This document shows, piece after piece, positions 10,425 through 20,357 of a stretch of 57,791 bases of DNA. The notes beneath the pieces are model-generated. The model searched no databases, had not been told where the DNA came from, and saw only the letters and a program-made list of their open reading frames with translations. Position 1 is the stretch's first letter. Each line of letters starts with the position of its first letter. The stretch is from Ignavibacteria bacterium (GTDB lineage: Bacteria; Bacteroidota; Ignavibacteria; Tepidaquicellales; OLB5), in NCBI GenBank assembly GCA_049516635.1, contig JBEKSX010000008.1, positions 1 to 57,791 of the forward strand, written 5' to 3'. A program made the translations under genes and the position numbers.

Positions 10425-10704
10425 CTAATGAAATAATTTTTCTAATTCATAGCTGCTTAATAATATAACAACCAATTCTGAAATAAGGACTGGTAAATAG
10501 AATACCGGATTTTACAGCATTTGGTGTATAATAGTAAAATAAGATTCCATTGTGTGTGAACTTTTTGAATTGCTCGTCATAAGCAAGTTTTTCTGCGTTA
10601 AAATGTATGGATTAATTTCTGATGGGGAAAATAATTTCAATTATTAAAGATCCCGAACCAGCGGGATCATTCAAATATCGCGGTCAACGGAAAACCGGAA
10701 TGTC

Positions 10705-11154
10705 CTAGATATCTACTACTCCCTGCTCGGTTGTATAGGATGTATTAGGAGCTAACTGAACCAATTCGCTTATCTTAAAAGGTGACTTCTTATCCTGCAG
10801 GGGAAGTTCTTTTATCCAGTCTATTGTACCTTTATAATAATCACTTACTTTCCAGTATGCTTTTACTGCGGTAACATTTATATCCCAATCTACAATATAA
10901 TCCACCCTGAAGCTTGTTGACTTATACTCTCCAATGATCTTCGGACTGGTAGTAAACTGATCGGTCTTCCAGTTGCCAGATGATGGTGCAGCATAGGCCT
11001 GATCAAATACAACCACGTCGAATGTTTTGGTCCCGTTTATTTCGGTATAGGTTTGAGTAATGGTTAAATGAACCAGATACTGGAGATCAGTACTGCCTGT
11101 TTTTATACAGGATACTAAAATTAAGATAAACAAAAAGAATGGGATTTTTCTCAT
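10705..11154 (-). CDS. hypothetical lipoprotein
   Basis: 149-aa ORF with a signal peptide containing Cys (LILVSCIKTGS). Confidence 0.5.
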   Translation of the reverse strand: MRKIPFFLFILILVSCIKTGSTDLQYLVHLTITQTYTEINGTKTFDVVVFDQAYAAPSSGNWKTDQFTTSPKIIGEYKSTSFRVDYIVDWDINVTAVKAYWKVSDYYKGTIDWIKELPLQDKKSPFKISELVQLAPNTSYTTEQGVVDI

Positions 11155-11277
11155 ATAACTTTAATAATTACCTTAATCTATAAAAAAAAACTTTAAAATA
11201 ATACTGATTAATTTTTAATTAATACAGCGAAATCCTGGCTCCCAGCTTCAATTTCACGCTATTGCATGACCGTAATA

Positions 11278-12867
11278 CTACTTAATAATATTTTTATAGA
11301 GTTTGATCACTTTCTCACATTCATTATTGTTAGATGGAACAAGCTTCATATAATTCAATAATGCTGCTAGTTTATCACCTACTTTTAATGAGATCATTCC
11401 CAGGTAGTAATGAAGGTCAAAATCCGAATATGTATCCTCTTTAAATAAAGCCCTGTCATTCCCGGGTTTAAGGTCAAGAATCAGCCTGTATTCGTATGCC
11501 TTATCAAAAAGACTTTTTGCCTTTGAATAATAACCTGATCTATAATAATACTTTCCTAACTGGAAATATGCTCTGTAAAATTCCGGTTCTTTTTTAATTG
11601 CAAGTTTATATTGTTTTAATGCATTCACACTGTCACCAATATCTTCATAAATAGTACCGAGTTTGTAAAATACGTCAGCTTTTACATCGTCTTTCCCCTC
11701 AACCATTCCGTATAATTTCTTTATCTCACCGAAATTTTTAAGGCGAAGGTAATAAGTTTCCAGTGATTTTGTTAAGTATTGCAGCTGCGGATCATCTTTG
11801 AATATTCTTCGAGCATTATTGTACACTTCTTCTGCTTTCTCAGGTTTACGTATCTTAAGATAAAAATCTATGAGGTCGTCATATGTATCAAAGTATGCTG
11901 AATCAAGGGAGAAGCATTTTTTATAATAACTTTCAGTTTTATGAATGTAAATATTGTTCAAAGAATCCCGATCAACATTATTTCCGGAAGTTGATGTATC
12001 ATCTGGCAATGATGATGCCCTGGCATAAAGATTTTTTCTCGAAGAATCATCGAATAAACAATAGGTCTTAATTTCTTTTTTCAAGGCACTTGCCACTTCA
12101 AGAAAATTTTTAATTCTTTCATTTATCTTTTTCGGTGTCATCACGACCGCTGAGGGAGATCCCGTATCGTTTAAAGGCATAAGTTTTTTAAAACAATTTA
12201 TTGCTACTCCGAAATTCAAATTACCAAACGCCAGGTAATTATATGATGTAATCCCTATTACTTCTCCCATGGAATTGAAAAACGCTCCTCCGCTATTACC
12301 CGGTGAAACTGCAGCATCGGTCTGGATCACCCTTTCAAAGACCACCTGCTCCCCATCTAAATATTCTTCTGCATTGTCCCTGATCCCTGAGATTATTCCC
12401 TGTGATATTGAATATTCATAACCCATGGGGCTGCCAATTGTATAGATAGCTTCTCCTGTTTTTAATTCATCGGAATTGCCCATCGTAATGCATTGAAATG
12501 AGTCGGTTTCACCGGCATGGATCTTTAACAAAGCAAGGTCATTTATAGTGTCACAGGATATTATGCTCGCCGGAAAAAAAGTTCCGTTTGAAGTCTTAAC
12601 AATAATTGTATCTATATTTGATATCACGTGATAACACGTTGCAACAAATCCCTCTCCGCTGACTATAAACCCGCTTCCCCAAATCACGAGAGTATCAAAT
12701 GAATATTCTTTCTTTATCTCATTGAAATATGCTTCATCAAATGTCCATATCGAGACAAGAGCCGGTTTATTTGATTCGAGAATTTGTTCTGCATCCTGGG
12801 AATAGAGGAAGTTATTGTTCAGAAAAATGGATAATGCGGTCAATATTGAAAATATTATTGATCTCAT
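11278..12867 (-). CDS. trypsin-like (S1C/HtrA-family) serine protease fused to C-terminal TPR repeats
   Basis: 529-aa ORF with signal peptide. Catalytic triad context TCYHVI (His), NDLALLKI (Asp), SPGNSGGAFFN (Ser). No PDZ-like region seen; instead TPR-like helical repeats (YFQLGKYYYRSGYYSKAKSLFDKA etc.). Confidence 0.8.
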   Translation of the reverse strand: MRSIIFSILTALSIFLNNNFLYSQDAEQILESNKPALVSIWTFDEAYFNEIKKEYSFDTLVIWGSGFIVSGEGFVATCYHVISNIDTIIVKTSNGTFFPASIISCDTINDLALLKIHAGETDSFQCITMGNSDELKTGEAIYTIGSPMGYEYSISQGIISGIRDNAEEYLDGEQVVFERVIQTDAAVSPGNSGGAFFNSMGEVIGITSYNYLAFGNLNFGVAINCFKKLMPLNDTGSPSAVVMTPKKINERIKNFLEVASALKKEIKTYCLFDDSSRKNLYARASSLPDDTSTSGNNVDRDSLNNIYIHKTESYYKKCFSLDSAYFDTYDDLIDFYLKIRKPEKAEEVYNNARRIFKDDPQLQYLTKSLETYYLRLKNFGEIKKLYGMVEGKDDVKADVFYKLGTIYEDIGDSVNALKQYKLAIKKEPEFYRAYFQLGKYYYRSGYYSKAKSLFDKAYEYRLILDLKPGNDRALFKEDTYSDFDLHYYLGMISLKVGDKLAALLNYMKLVPSNNNECEKVIKLYKNIIK

Positions 12868-13005
12868 GGTGATTATCTCCTTTGATTATTTATCTAAAAA
12901 TAAGGTAGTCGATAAGAGAAAGCGTATCATTGAATGATATAAATCTTGAATTCACTTATTTTTAGCATTATTTTGTACAAGTAAATTTGTATCATCTCAA
13001 TATTT

Positions 13006-13869
13006 ATGACCGACCTTAAAAATAAGCTGAGACGCCAGATAGAAATAGTAGGTATCTGTTTATCCCAAAATTATCCTCACCCGTTAAAAACCTTTGACCT
13101 TGCTGATCATTTCAACGTGGAAGAGCTGACCATAAAACGGGACCTGCAGGACCTGAGAAGCTCAGGAATAGATATACATTCAACCAAAAAACATGGTGTA
13201 TGCCTTGATAAAGAGATCGATGAAAGTAAGTTGCGCGAGCTGATACACCAATATTCTGCCCTTTGTTCCTCAGATAAATACGTTGAAAAATCAACGCTCT
13301 TGCTGGTTAATAGGCTCGGAACCAAAGCTCTTGCCAATATGGTCACGATACAGATGTGTATAGATGAACATCACGCAGTAAAAATTGACTATGAAAAGGA
13401 GTCGGAGGAAGTGGAGTTCAGCAGGGAAATATTTCCTGTACTGATCTTTCAGAGCGAAGGTTACTGGCGTGTACTTGCAGTGAATCAGGATAAGCTGAAA
13501 CAATTCCATTTGAACAAGATTGTTGAAGCACGGGAGACGCAAAAATCATTTCTGCCTGTAATGAAAGAGAGGATCGAAGACATTTTCAGATACTCCTGGA
13601 GGAGCTGGCTGGGAACAGAAAAATTCGAAGTGAAACTTAAATTCTCACCTTACTGGGCTGAATGGTTAAAACCGAAACAACTCATGGACACCGAGAAATT
13701 TACCGAGCTCCCTGGCGGATCACTGATATTCGAAACCATCGTTAATTCACTTGATGAAATAGCAAGCTGGATAGTAAGCAGAGGCGAAGGGATCACGGTC
13801 TTACTACCGGATGAGCTGAGAGAAAAAGTTATCAAGCTTGCTAAGGGAGTATTGAACAACTATCAATAA
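13006..13869 (+). CDS. HTH + WYL domain transcriptional regulator
   Basis: 287-aa ORF. N-terminal wHTH (FDLADHFNVEELTIKRDLQDLRSSGIDI). Central WYL-like segment (FQSEGYWRVLAVNQDKLKQFHLNKIVEA). C-terminal extension typical of the family (GEGITVLLPDELREKV). Confidence 0.75.
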   Translation: MTDLKNKLRRQIEIVGICLSQNYPHPLKTFDLADHFNVEELTIKRDLQDLRSSGIDIHSTKKHGVCLDKEIDESKLRELIHQYSALCSSDKYVEKSTLLLVNRLGTKALANMVTIQMCIDEHHAVKIDYEKESEEVEFSREIFPVLIFQSEGYWRVLAVNQDKLKQFHLNKIVEARETQKSFLPVMKERIEDIFRYSWRSWLGTEKFEVKLKFSPYWAEWLKPKQLMDTEKFTELPGGSLIFETIVNSLDEIASWIVSRGEGITVLLPDELREKVIKLAKGVLNNYQ

Positions 13870-13899
13870 ATAATCCGCATTCATTATTATCAACGTAAC

Positions 13900-14619
13900 A
13901 TGAAAGCTGTGAATTATCACATATCCGAAGATATATTTAAGCTGTTCCTCGGTTACACCCGTGGTGTACTTTTTTTAAAGAATGTTAAGAATAAAACCTC
14001 TCCTGAAAGATTAACTAACTTAATTAGAGAAGAGGAAAAGGTCATTAGGGAAAAATATAATTTGTATTCTCTGCTCGAGAGCGATCGGATTATTTCCTGG
14101 AGAAATGCTTATATTAAAACAGGAATTAAACCTGGAGAATTCCGCCCTTCAATAGAAGCGATGCTGAGGAGAGTATTAAAGAACCAGCAATTACCGTCTA
14201 TAAATGCCCTGGTAGATATTGGTAATTATTTCTCTTTAAAATATCTGATTCCCATCGGTTGCCATTCCCTCCAAAATATTAATAATGAAATGGCTTTAAG
14301 ATATGCAAACGGCTCGGAAACTTTCATACCGTTTGGACAAAATGAAGCTGATAATCCGTTAAAAGGCGAGATCATTTTCACTGACGGGAATGATGTAATG
14401 ACAAGACGATGGACCTGGAGACAGAGCAATCACAGTATTATCACACTTGATTCTGGATACGTGGAATTCAATATCGATGGTTTGTATCCTGTCACTAAAG
14501 ACGATGTGGATAACATAGGAGAAGAAATGATAAAACTAATTAACGATTTTTTTGATCACCCTTCTCATTCTTTTGAAGTAATAACAAAAGATAACCCGTC
14601 CATAATGCTTGAATATTAG
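13900..14619 (+). CDS. B3/B4 tRNA-binding-domain protein (PheT B3_4-like, stand-alone)
   Basis: 239-aa ORF, 30 nt after the WYL gene. WRNAYIKTGIKPGEFRPSIEAMLRRV...LPSINALVDIGNYFSLKYLIPIGCH resembles stand-alone B3/B4 domain proteins. Confidence 0.7.
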   Translation: MKAVNYHISEDIFKLFLGYTRGVLFLKNVKNKTSPERLTNLIREEEKVIREKYNLYSLLESDRIISWRNAYIKTGIKPGEFRPSIEAMLRRVLKNQQLPSINALVDIGNYFSLKYLIPIGCHSLQNINNEMALRYANGSETFIPFGQNEADNPLKGEIIFTDGNDVMTRRWTWRQSNHSIITLDSGYVEFNIDGLYPVTKDDVDNIGEEMIKLINDFFDHPSHSFEVITKDNPSIMLEY

Positions 14620-14715
14620 ATAGAGATACTTTCTACTGACAAAATGGAATTTGTTGATTTTATTTCTGTAAAGAAGATGATCTTAATTAAATAAATTGAT
14701 CAAAGGTAAATATTA

Positions 14716-14748
14716 AGCCCGGTGATCATTCGATCCCGGGCTTTTTTT
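14716..14748 (+). terminator. rho-independent terminator
   Basis: AGCCCGG-loop-CCGGGCT followed by TTTTTT. Confidence 0.6.
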
Positions 14749-14836
14749 ATTTATTTAACCTGATCGGATTCTAAGAGACTACCATATAATAGCACACAAC
14801 CTGAATAGAGATTAAATTAAAATCCCTAGTAAGTAA

Positions 14837-16072
14837 TTATTTTAACAACACCATTTGCCTGGTATCCGAATAATTCCCGGCAGTGATTGTATAAAAATAC
14901 ACTCCGCTGGGATAGCCGGTTCCGTCCCATTCCACCTCATAGCTGCCAGGCATCAATTCTTTATTTATGAGCTCAGCAACGGTCCTTCCCAGAACATCAA
15001 ATACTTTAATCGTAACAAAATTGTGGCCTGCCGTTTGAAACTTTATTTTTGTTACTGGGTTAAACGGGTTCGGATAATTCTGAAATAGACAGAATTTATC
15101 GGGAACTGAATTCCATGCAGGCTCGATAGCTACGTAACCGCTTGTTGTTTTTAAGATAGTACCATTCGAACCTACTGAATAACCTGTGTTCGGAACCGGG
15201 AAATAGACTGAATGGAGATCATTGTTAGTACCGGATACCAGATGCATCCAGTTAACACCGCTGTTTGTGGTATGGAGTATCGTTCCATTCTGTCCTACTG
15301 TATATCCTACGCTGGAATAAGTGAAATGGATCTCATACAAATCATTAGTTGTCCCCGATACAAGCGGATTCCAGTTTGTACCGCTATTGATCGTTTTAAG
15401 TATAGTGCCGTTCATCCCGACCGCATATAGATTATTTATATCCATGTTATTCGAGAATCTTACATCGAGAAGAGAATTGTTGGTACCGGATGTCTGCGGA
15501 TTCCAGTTTGTGCCTCCATTCGTTGTACAACGTATTGTACCCGCTGAACCTACTACAAATCCTCTGCCTGCAGGTATAAAATTCACTTCATACAGGTCAT
15601 TATTTGTGCCGGATGTCTGGGCTACCCAGTTTGTACCGCTGTTAGTAGTTTTACGAATAGTACCATTAGAGCCCGCTACATAACCCGTATTATAATCAGC
15701 AAAGAATATTTCATAAAGTGTATTGTTTGTACCCGAAGTTTGAGCAGTCCAGTTGGTACCACCGTTTGTAGTTTTTCTAATGGTTCCGTTAGTCCCTGAG
15801 ACATATCCGGTTGTAACATTGAGGAAAAAAACTTCATAGAAGTCATTTGTTGTACCCGATGTAATGCTATTCCAATTGGTACCACCGTTGGTTGTCTTAC
15901 GGATTGTACCGTTGGTTCCTACAGCATAACCTGTGTTAGCATCCAGGAAATATACCGAATAGAAGTCTTGAGTAGTACCAGATACTTGTTGTACCCAGGT
16001 TGTTTGTGATTGAATAAGTTCAGTAAATAAAAACAGGAGCAGGAAGATTGAGATAAAGTTAAATTTTCTCAT
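14837..16072 (-). CDS. Ycf48/BNR-like beta-propeller protein with T9SS C-terminal sorting domain
   Basis: 411-aa ORF with signal peptide. Seven or more TTN[GS]GTNW repeats. NYPNPFNPVTKIKF...GVYFYTI...RQMVLLK. Confidence 0.8.
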   Translation of the reverse strand: MRKFNFISIFLLLFLFTELIQSQTTWVQQVSGTTQDFYSVYFLDANTGYAVGTNGTIRKTTNGGTNWNSITSGTTNDFYEVFFLNVTTGYVSGTNGTIRKTTNGGTNWTAQTSGTNNTLYEIFFADYNTGYVAGSNGTIRKTTNSGTNWVAQTSGTNNDLYEVNFIPAGRGFVVGSAGTIRCTTNGGTNWNPQTSGTNNSLLDVRFSNNMDINNLYAVGMNGTILKTINSGTNWNPLVSGTTNDLYEIHFTYSSVGYTVGQNGTILHTTNSGVNWMHLVSGTNNDLHSVYFPVPNTGYSVGSNGTILKTTSGYVAIEPAWNSVPDKFCLFQNYPNPFNPVTKIKFQTAGHNFVTIKVFDVLGRTVAELINKELMPGSYEVEWDGTGYPSGVYFYTITAGNYSDTRQMVLLK

Positions 16073-16240
16073 TTTTGTTCCTTTATTTGTTAAGAGCTAG
16101 GTACGTAAAATAGCTGATTTGGTTAGTTAATGCTATAACGTAAAAGGGGTATATTGATAGCTATTCCTACTATAATTATTAGCCATTAAACGAAGATATT
16201 TTCTCGTTAATAGAACATGCAGTTATTTGATTTAAATTAA

Positions 16241-16269
16241 AAAACCGAACTCTCTTTGAATTCGGTTTT
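16241..16269 (-). terminator. rho-independent terminator for 16409..17617
   Basis: AAAACCGAA...TTCGGTTTT stem. A T-run follows on the minus strand. Confidence 0.6.
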
Positions 16270-16408
16270 CGTCTATGCTGTACATCCTAGATACTAGGGA
16301 GCAGCATTCAGTTATTGATTATGTATATTTTGCTTTAATCCATCAGAATTTTTTACTTCAAATAATTTATACCTCCCAGGTATTCACAAAATAATCAATA
16401 GTTTCGGC

Positions 16409-17617
16409 TTATTTAAGCAGTACCATCTTTTTAACATCGGTAAATTCACCTGCTCCGCCGGTAGCTGATATTTTGTAGAAATAAACGCCGCTCGGGTTAT
16501 TTGATGCATTCCATTCTACTGAATATGAACCCGGTTCTAAACGAGAATTTACCAGTGTAAATACTTCCTGACCGGTTGTACTGTAGATTACAATCTTTAC
16601 ATTACTAAATTTTGGAATATCAAACTTTATCGTGCTTGACGGATTAAACGGGTTTGGATAGTTTTGAGATAATTTATATTCAGAGGGTACTTCAAATGAA
16701 ATAGGTTTGATACCAATAAGTTCTGATATAGGTCTACGCCACAATCCGTTCATTTCGGAACCTGCAAATATATATTCGTTTGCTATTAATAGATTCAGGA
16801 TGTTAATACTTCCCATACCTTCATTTTTTTGTGTCCAATTTTGCCCGTTATCTGTTGAAATAAATACACCGGGACTTTGTGTACCAATAATCATATTGTT
16901 ACTAAAAAAAACAATTGCATGAACACACTGATCGAATGAACCGAGAGGGTTCCAATCTACACCGTTATTTGTAGAAAGATATAACGCTATGCCACCGCCG
17001 CACATACCTGCGTAAATATTGTTTCCGTTATAAGCCAAGGAACTTACGAACAGGTAGTTCAAACCATCCTGTATCCAATTCTGACCATAATTTGTCGAGC
17101 GGTAAACCCCAAATGCATTGGTTCCTGCAAAAATTAATGAATCTTTGATCAAAAGTGAAGCAACATTGCCGATATTCATAGATGTTTGAACCCATGTTTG
17201 TCCGTTATTTGTTGAGCGGCTCACTCCGCCGGGTGTACCGACAAAAACGTTACTGTTCGATATACCTATACAATTTACCAACTGGTTATTCACTGAATAA
17301 CCAGTCCAATTAACTCCATAATTAGAAGTAATATATATTCCATTTCCGGCATCAGCCGTGCCTGCAAAAACATAGTTACTACCAGCCGCAATAGCATAAA
17401 CAATTTGATTATTCATTGGAGTCTGCGTCCAGTTTTGCCCGTTATTGGTAGAAGTAAACACACCATTAAATCTGGCACCTGCGAAAATAACCATATCTTT
17501 TATTGCAAGAGAATAAAAAGTTATATTATTGGATGGACCTACCTGTACCCATTGAGCTGCAGAATATTGGATTTGCAAACAGAGTACAATAGAGCAGAAA
17601 ATTAATATTTTTTTCAT
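16409..17617 (-). CDS. beta-propeller repeat protein with T9SS C-terminal sorting domain
   Basis: 402-aa ORF with signal peptide. STNxGxNW repeats (STNNGQNW, SNYGVNWT, STNNGQTW, STNYGQNW, STDNGQNW). NYPNPFNPSSTIKFDIP...GVYFYKI...KKMVLLK. Confidence 0.8.
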   Translation of the reverse strand: MKKILIFCSIVLCLQIQYSAAQWVQVGPSNNITFYSLAIKDMVIFAGARFNGVFTSTNNGQNWTQTPMNNQIVYAIAAGSNYVFAGTADAGNGIYITSNYGVNWTGYSVNNQLVNCIGISNSNVFVGTPGGVSRSTNNGQTWVQTSMNIGNVASLLIKDSLIFAGTNAFGVYRSTNYGQNWIQDGLNYLFVSSLAYNGNNIYAGMCGGGIALYLSTNNGVDWNPLGSFDQCVHAIVFFSNNMIIGTQSPGVFISTDNGQNWTQKNEGMGSINILNLLIANEYIFAGSEMNGLWRRPISELIGIKPISFEVPSEYKLSQNYPNPFNPSSTIKFDIPKFSNVKIVIYSTTGQEVFTLVNSRLEPGSYSVEWNASNNPSGVYFYKISATGGAGEFTDVKKMVLLK

Positions 17618-17822
17618 GGCTGCCCCTTAAAAAATATTTTTAAGTTAGAGTATTTGAATGCAAAAACGTTATCAAATGTATATACAAACTTATAGCTATT
17701 TCTCTATATACTCAATACAACTTACTAAAAATATCACAACCGCTTTATGAACTACAAAACTGGAAGGTCTTTGAAGAAATATTTAGATTTCAATGTAACC
17801 TGAAAAATAAAATTTTTTGTAT

Positions 17823-18329
17823 TCATTTTTGTTTAATAAATACAGCGTTCATTGAATACTTTTCGCCATTATCTTTATATTTTGTTAAATCGGTTTTGTA
17901 TAATTTCCCGTCCTGCTTAATCTCTAATGTATCATTAGTTGTATAACGTTTGCATTCACCTTTAAGATTTATCTTATTGTCTCCTATAAGTAAACCACTC
18001 AAAGATTCAAGATAATCCGCACCATTATCGTCAATATAAAATCCGATAAAAGAGCGGGTGGAAAGATCAATAGTCAGGAAATAATCTTCAGTCCAGTTCA
18101 TGTTGCTGTCATTAGCCATCCAGCCTTTAACAGTAAAATGTAAATATTTTCTATTGTGCTCGGTAGAAATGGTGAGAATTTCGTTTGCGGTACCGGGAAA
18201 TTCACCGCCGGTTACCTTGTAGCTTCCTTCCCATGTACCAATCCAGCTTTTCGAATCAAAATCTTGTGAAAAACAAGTTTTTAGAAATAATAAAAGAAAT
18301 AAAAATAAGATAAAATTTTTAATTGTCAT
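17823..18329 (-). CDS. hypothetical secreted protein
   Basis: 168-aa ORF with signal peptide. No motif recognised. Confidence 0.5.
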   Translation of the reverse strand: MTIKNFILFLFLLLFLKTCFSQDFDSKSWIGTWEGSYKVTGGEFPGTANEILTISTEHNRKYLHFTVKGWMANDSNMNWTEDYFLTIDLSTRSFIGFYIDDNGADYLESLSGLLIGDNKINLKGECKRYTTNDTLEIKQDGKLYKTDLTKYKDNGEKYSMNAVFIKQK

Positions 18330-18527
18330 TTTTTTCTCCTTTTAAAGAAATTAAAATTTTAAATTGATAAATTCTTATCTAATAAAAAAATATTTAATTT
18401 ATATTAATGGAAGTAATGAATCTTGTGCAAAGATTTCTATAAATTTAAAAATATAAAATTAATATAGATTAAGTAAGTAATAAATATTTTCTTAAAATCT
18501 CATTTTAATCAATCTATTTTATTTGTT

Positions 18528-20357
18528 TTATTTCACTTCATCAAATATTATTTTTAAAATTATTTTTATCTCTTCAGGATAAATTAGCATTTCTTTTTTT
18601 TCGTATTGATTTAGTCCCTCCATTCCATCTTTAAGAAAAGGATAAATGGATATAACTTTATCAAGATATTGCTTAGTTTTATCCAGACAACCTTTTTTAT
18701 AGTATGAAATAATTAAACCTATATAAGAGTCGATCTGTATATATGATGAATTTTCATAAACTTTATAAAAAAGTTCTATCGATTTTAAAAATAATTCAAT
18801 CGCTTTTTCTAAATTAGATTTTATAAAATATATCCAGCCAAGGTTATTATAAAACTCTCCACGATTGGGATTAATTGAAATAGCTTTTTTAAATTCAATC
18901 ATTGCTTCATCATATTTTTTTAACCGCATATAGGCGCCTCCTCTGCCATCATAATAGCGATATAAAATTTGTGAATCAGATTCCAATTCAATAGCTATAT
19001 TAAAATTTTTAATTGCTTCGTTAAATCTTTTCAATCTATAATTAATCAGGCCTTTAACATAATAAATATCAGGATAATGTGGTCTTAGTGAACTGCATTT
19101 ATCTAAATCATTCATTGCATCTTCAAACCGGTTAAGATGTGAATAAGCATTTCCTCTTAGTATATATGCTTCATATAGATCGTTCTTTAAATTGATTGCC
19201 TTTGTCAAAGCAGAAACAGATAATTCCGGAGACATATAATTAGTAATTAAATTAAAGTATCGTTGGATTTTTTTACCAATTAAGAGCAAAGCATTATAAT
19301 CGTCCAATACATTAATAATATTTTTTAAAAAATCATGTTTATCAAAATTACTGTCATCAATAAAATCAAGGTAAGCTTCGTCCACAGATATTTTATCTTT
19401 TTTAAAACTTATCAGCAGTTCTTTTGCTTCTAATTTTTTTAAATTATTATCCCACCCAAGCTTTGATAAGTTGAGCTCAAAAATTTTGCCTACAAGCTTA
19501 ATGTGATCAATGTAATAATCTTCCTTGTCATAATATAAACCTGCAAAGTTTAGCAGCTTTATTATTTGCATTATTTCCTGTTCGACATTACTTAAAGAAT
19601 TGTACCTTGTTTTCATGGCTTCCAGATCCATAAACAATGACCCGATATTACCATCAAAATGTTTTGGAATTTCTAAATTCAATTCTTTTGCAACATTCCC
19701 GCAGTTTTCTTTTTCTATTTTATCTATTTTAATTATTTTGAAAAGATTAATTTCATTTTCCAGGGTCTGCTTTAATTGGTTAAATTCATCTCCGGAACGG
19801 CAGGTAGCAATTATCAAACTATTTTTTATGATTGATGGAATTAACAGCTTAATTTCATTATATAAATTTATATCGTCTAAAATGATTATACGCTTCTTTT
19901 TTGATATCAGGTTTATTTGTTCCTGTAAATATATAATATCATTAACATGATGTTTCGGGTAAGCTATGTTAATTATTTTATTAATATTTTTCAAAGATTG
20001 ATAAACAGATCTTGTTTTTCCTGCAAGCGGACTGCCAAGAATTAACATGTGATTTTTATTTTCTGTATTTATAAAGTTTTCAATACACTCTTTAATTGAA
20101 TTATCAATATCTCTGTTGAAATATTTCTCATTGAAGTTTAAATATTCAGTACCTCTTGTTCTGAGCAGATCATAAGGTTTTAAATCGGAAGATCTTCCAA
20201 AATAATAGAATAAAGCTTTCTTTCTTTTTCTATTCTCTTTAAAATTTTTGAAAGGATGGGAAACAAATTCTATGATTACCGCGGCAATTATGGCAAGTAG
20301 AATAGCAATATAAAGTTCCAAAGGATGCTCATTAATATACTTAATTATTTCTTCCAT
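18528..20357 (-). CDS. membrane-anchored P-loop NTPase with C-terminal TPR repeats
   Basis: 609-aa ORF. N-terminal TM helix (LYIAILLAIIAAVIIEFV). Walker A is GSPLAGKTRS and Walker B is RIIILDDINLY. C-terminal third holds TPR-like repeats (YILRGNAYSHLNRFEDAMNDLDK...). Very AT-rich by eye. Confidence 0.7.
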   Translation of the reverse strand: MEEIIKYINEHPLELYIAILLAIIAAVIIEFVSHPFKNFKENRKRKKALFYYFGRSSDLKPYDLLRTRGTEYLNFNEKYFNRDIDNSIKECIENFINTENKNHMLILGSPLAGKTRSVYQSLKNINKIINIAYPKHHVNDIIYLQEQINLISKKKRIIILDDINLYNEIKLLIPSIIKNSLIIATCRSGDEFNQLKQTLENEINLFKIIKIDKIEKENCGNVAKELNLEIPKHFDGNIGSLFMDLEAMKTRYNSLSNVEQEIMQIIKLLNFAGLYYDKEDYYIDHIKLVGKIFELNLSKLGWDNNLKKLEAKELLISFKKDKISVDEAYLDFIDDSNFDKHDFLKNIINVLDDYNALLLIGKKIQRYFNLITNYMSPELSVSALTKAINLKNDLYEAYILRGNAYSHLNRFEDAMNDLDKCSSLRPHYPDIYYVKGLINYRLKRFNEAIKNFNIAIELESDSQILYRYYDGRGGAYMRLKKYDEAMIEFKKAISINPNRGEFYNNLGWIYFIKSNLEKAIELFLKSIELFYKVYENSSYIQIDSYIGLIISYYKKGCLDKTKQYLDKVISIYPFLKDGMEGLNQYEKKEMLIYPEEIKIILKIIFDEVK

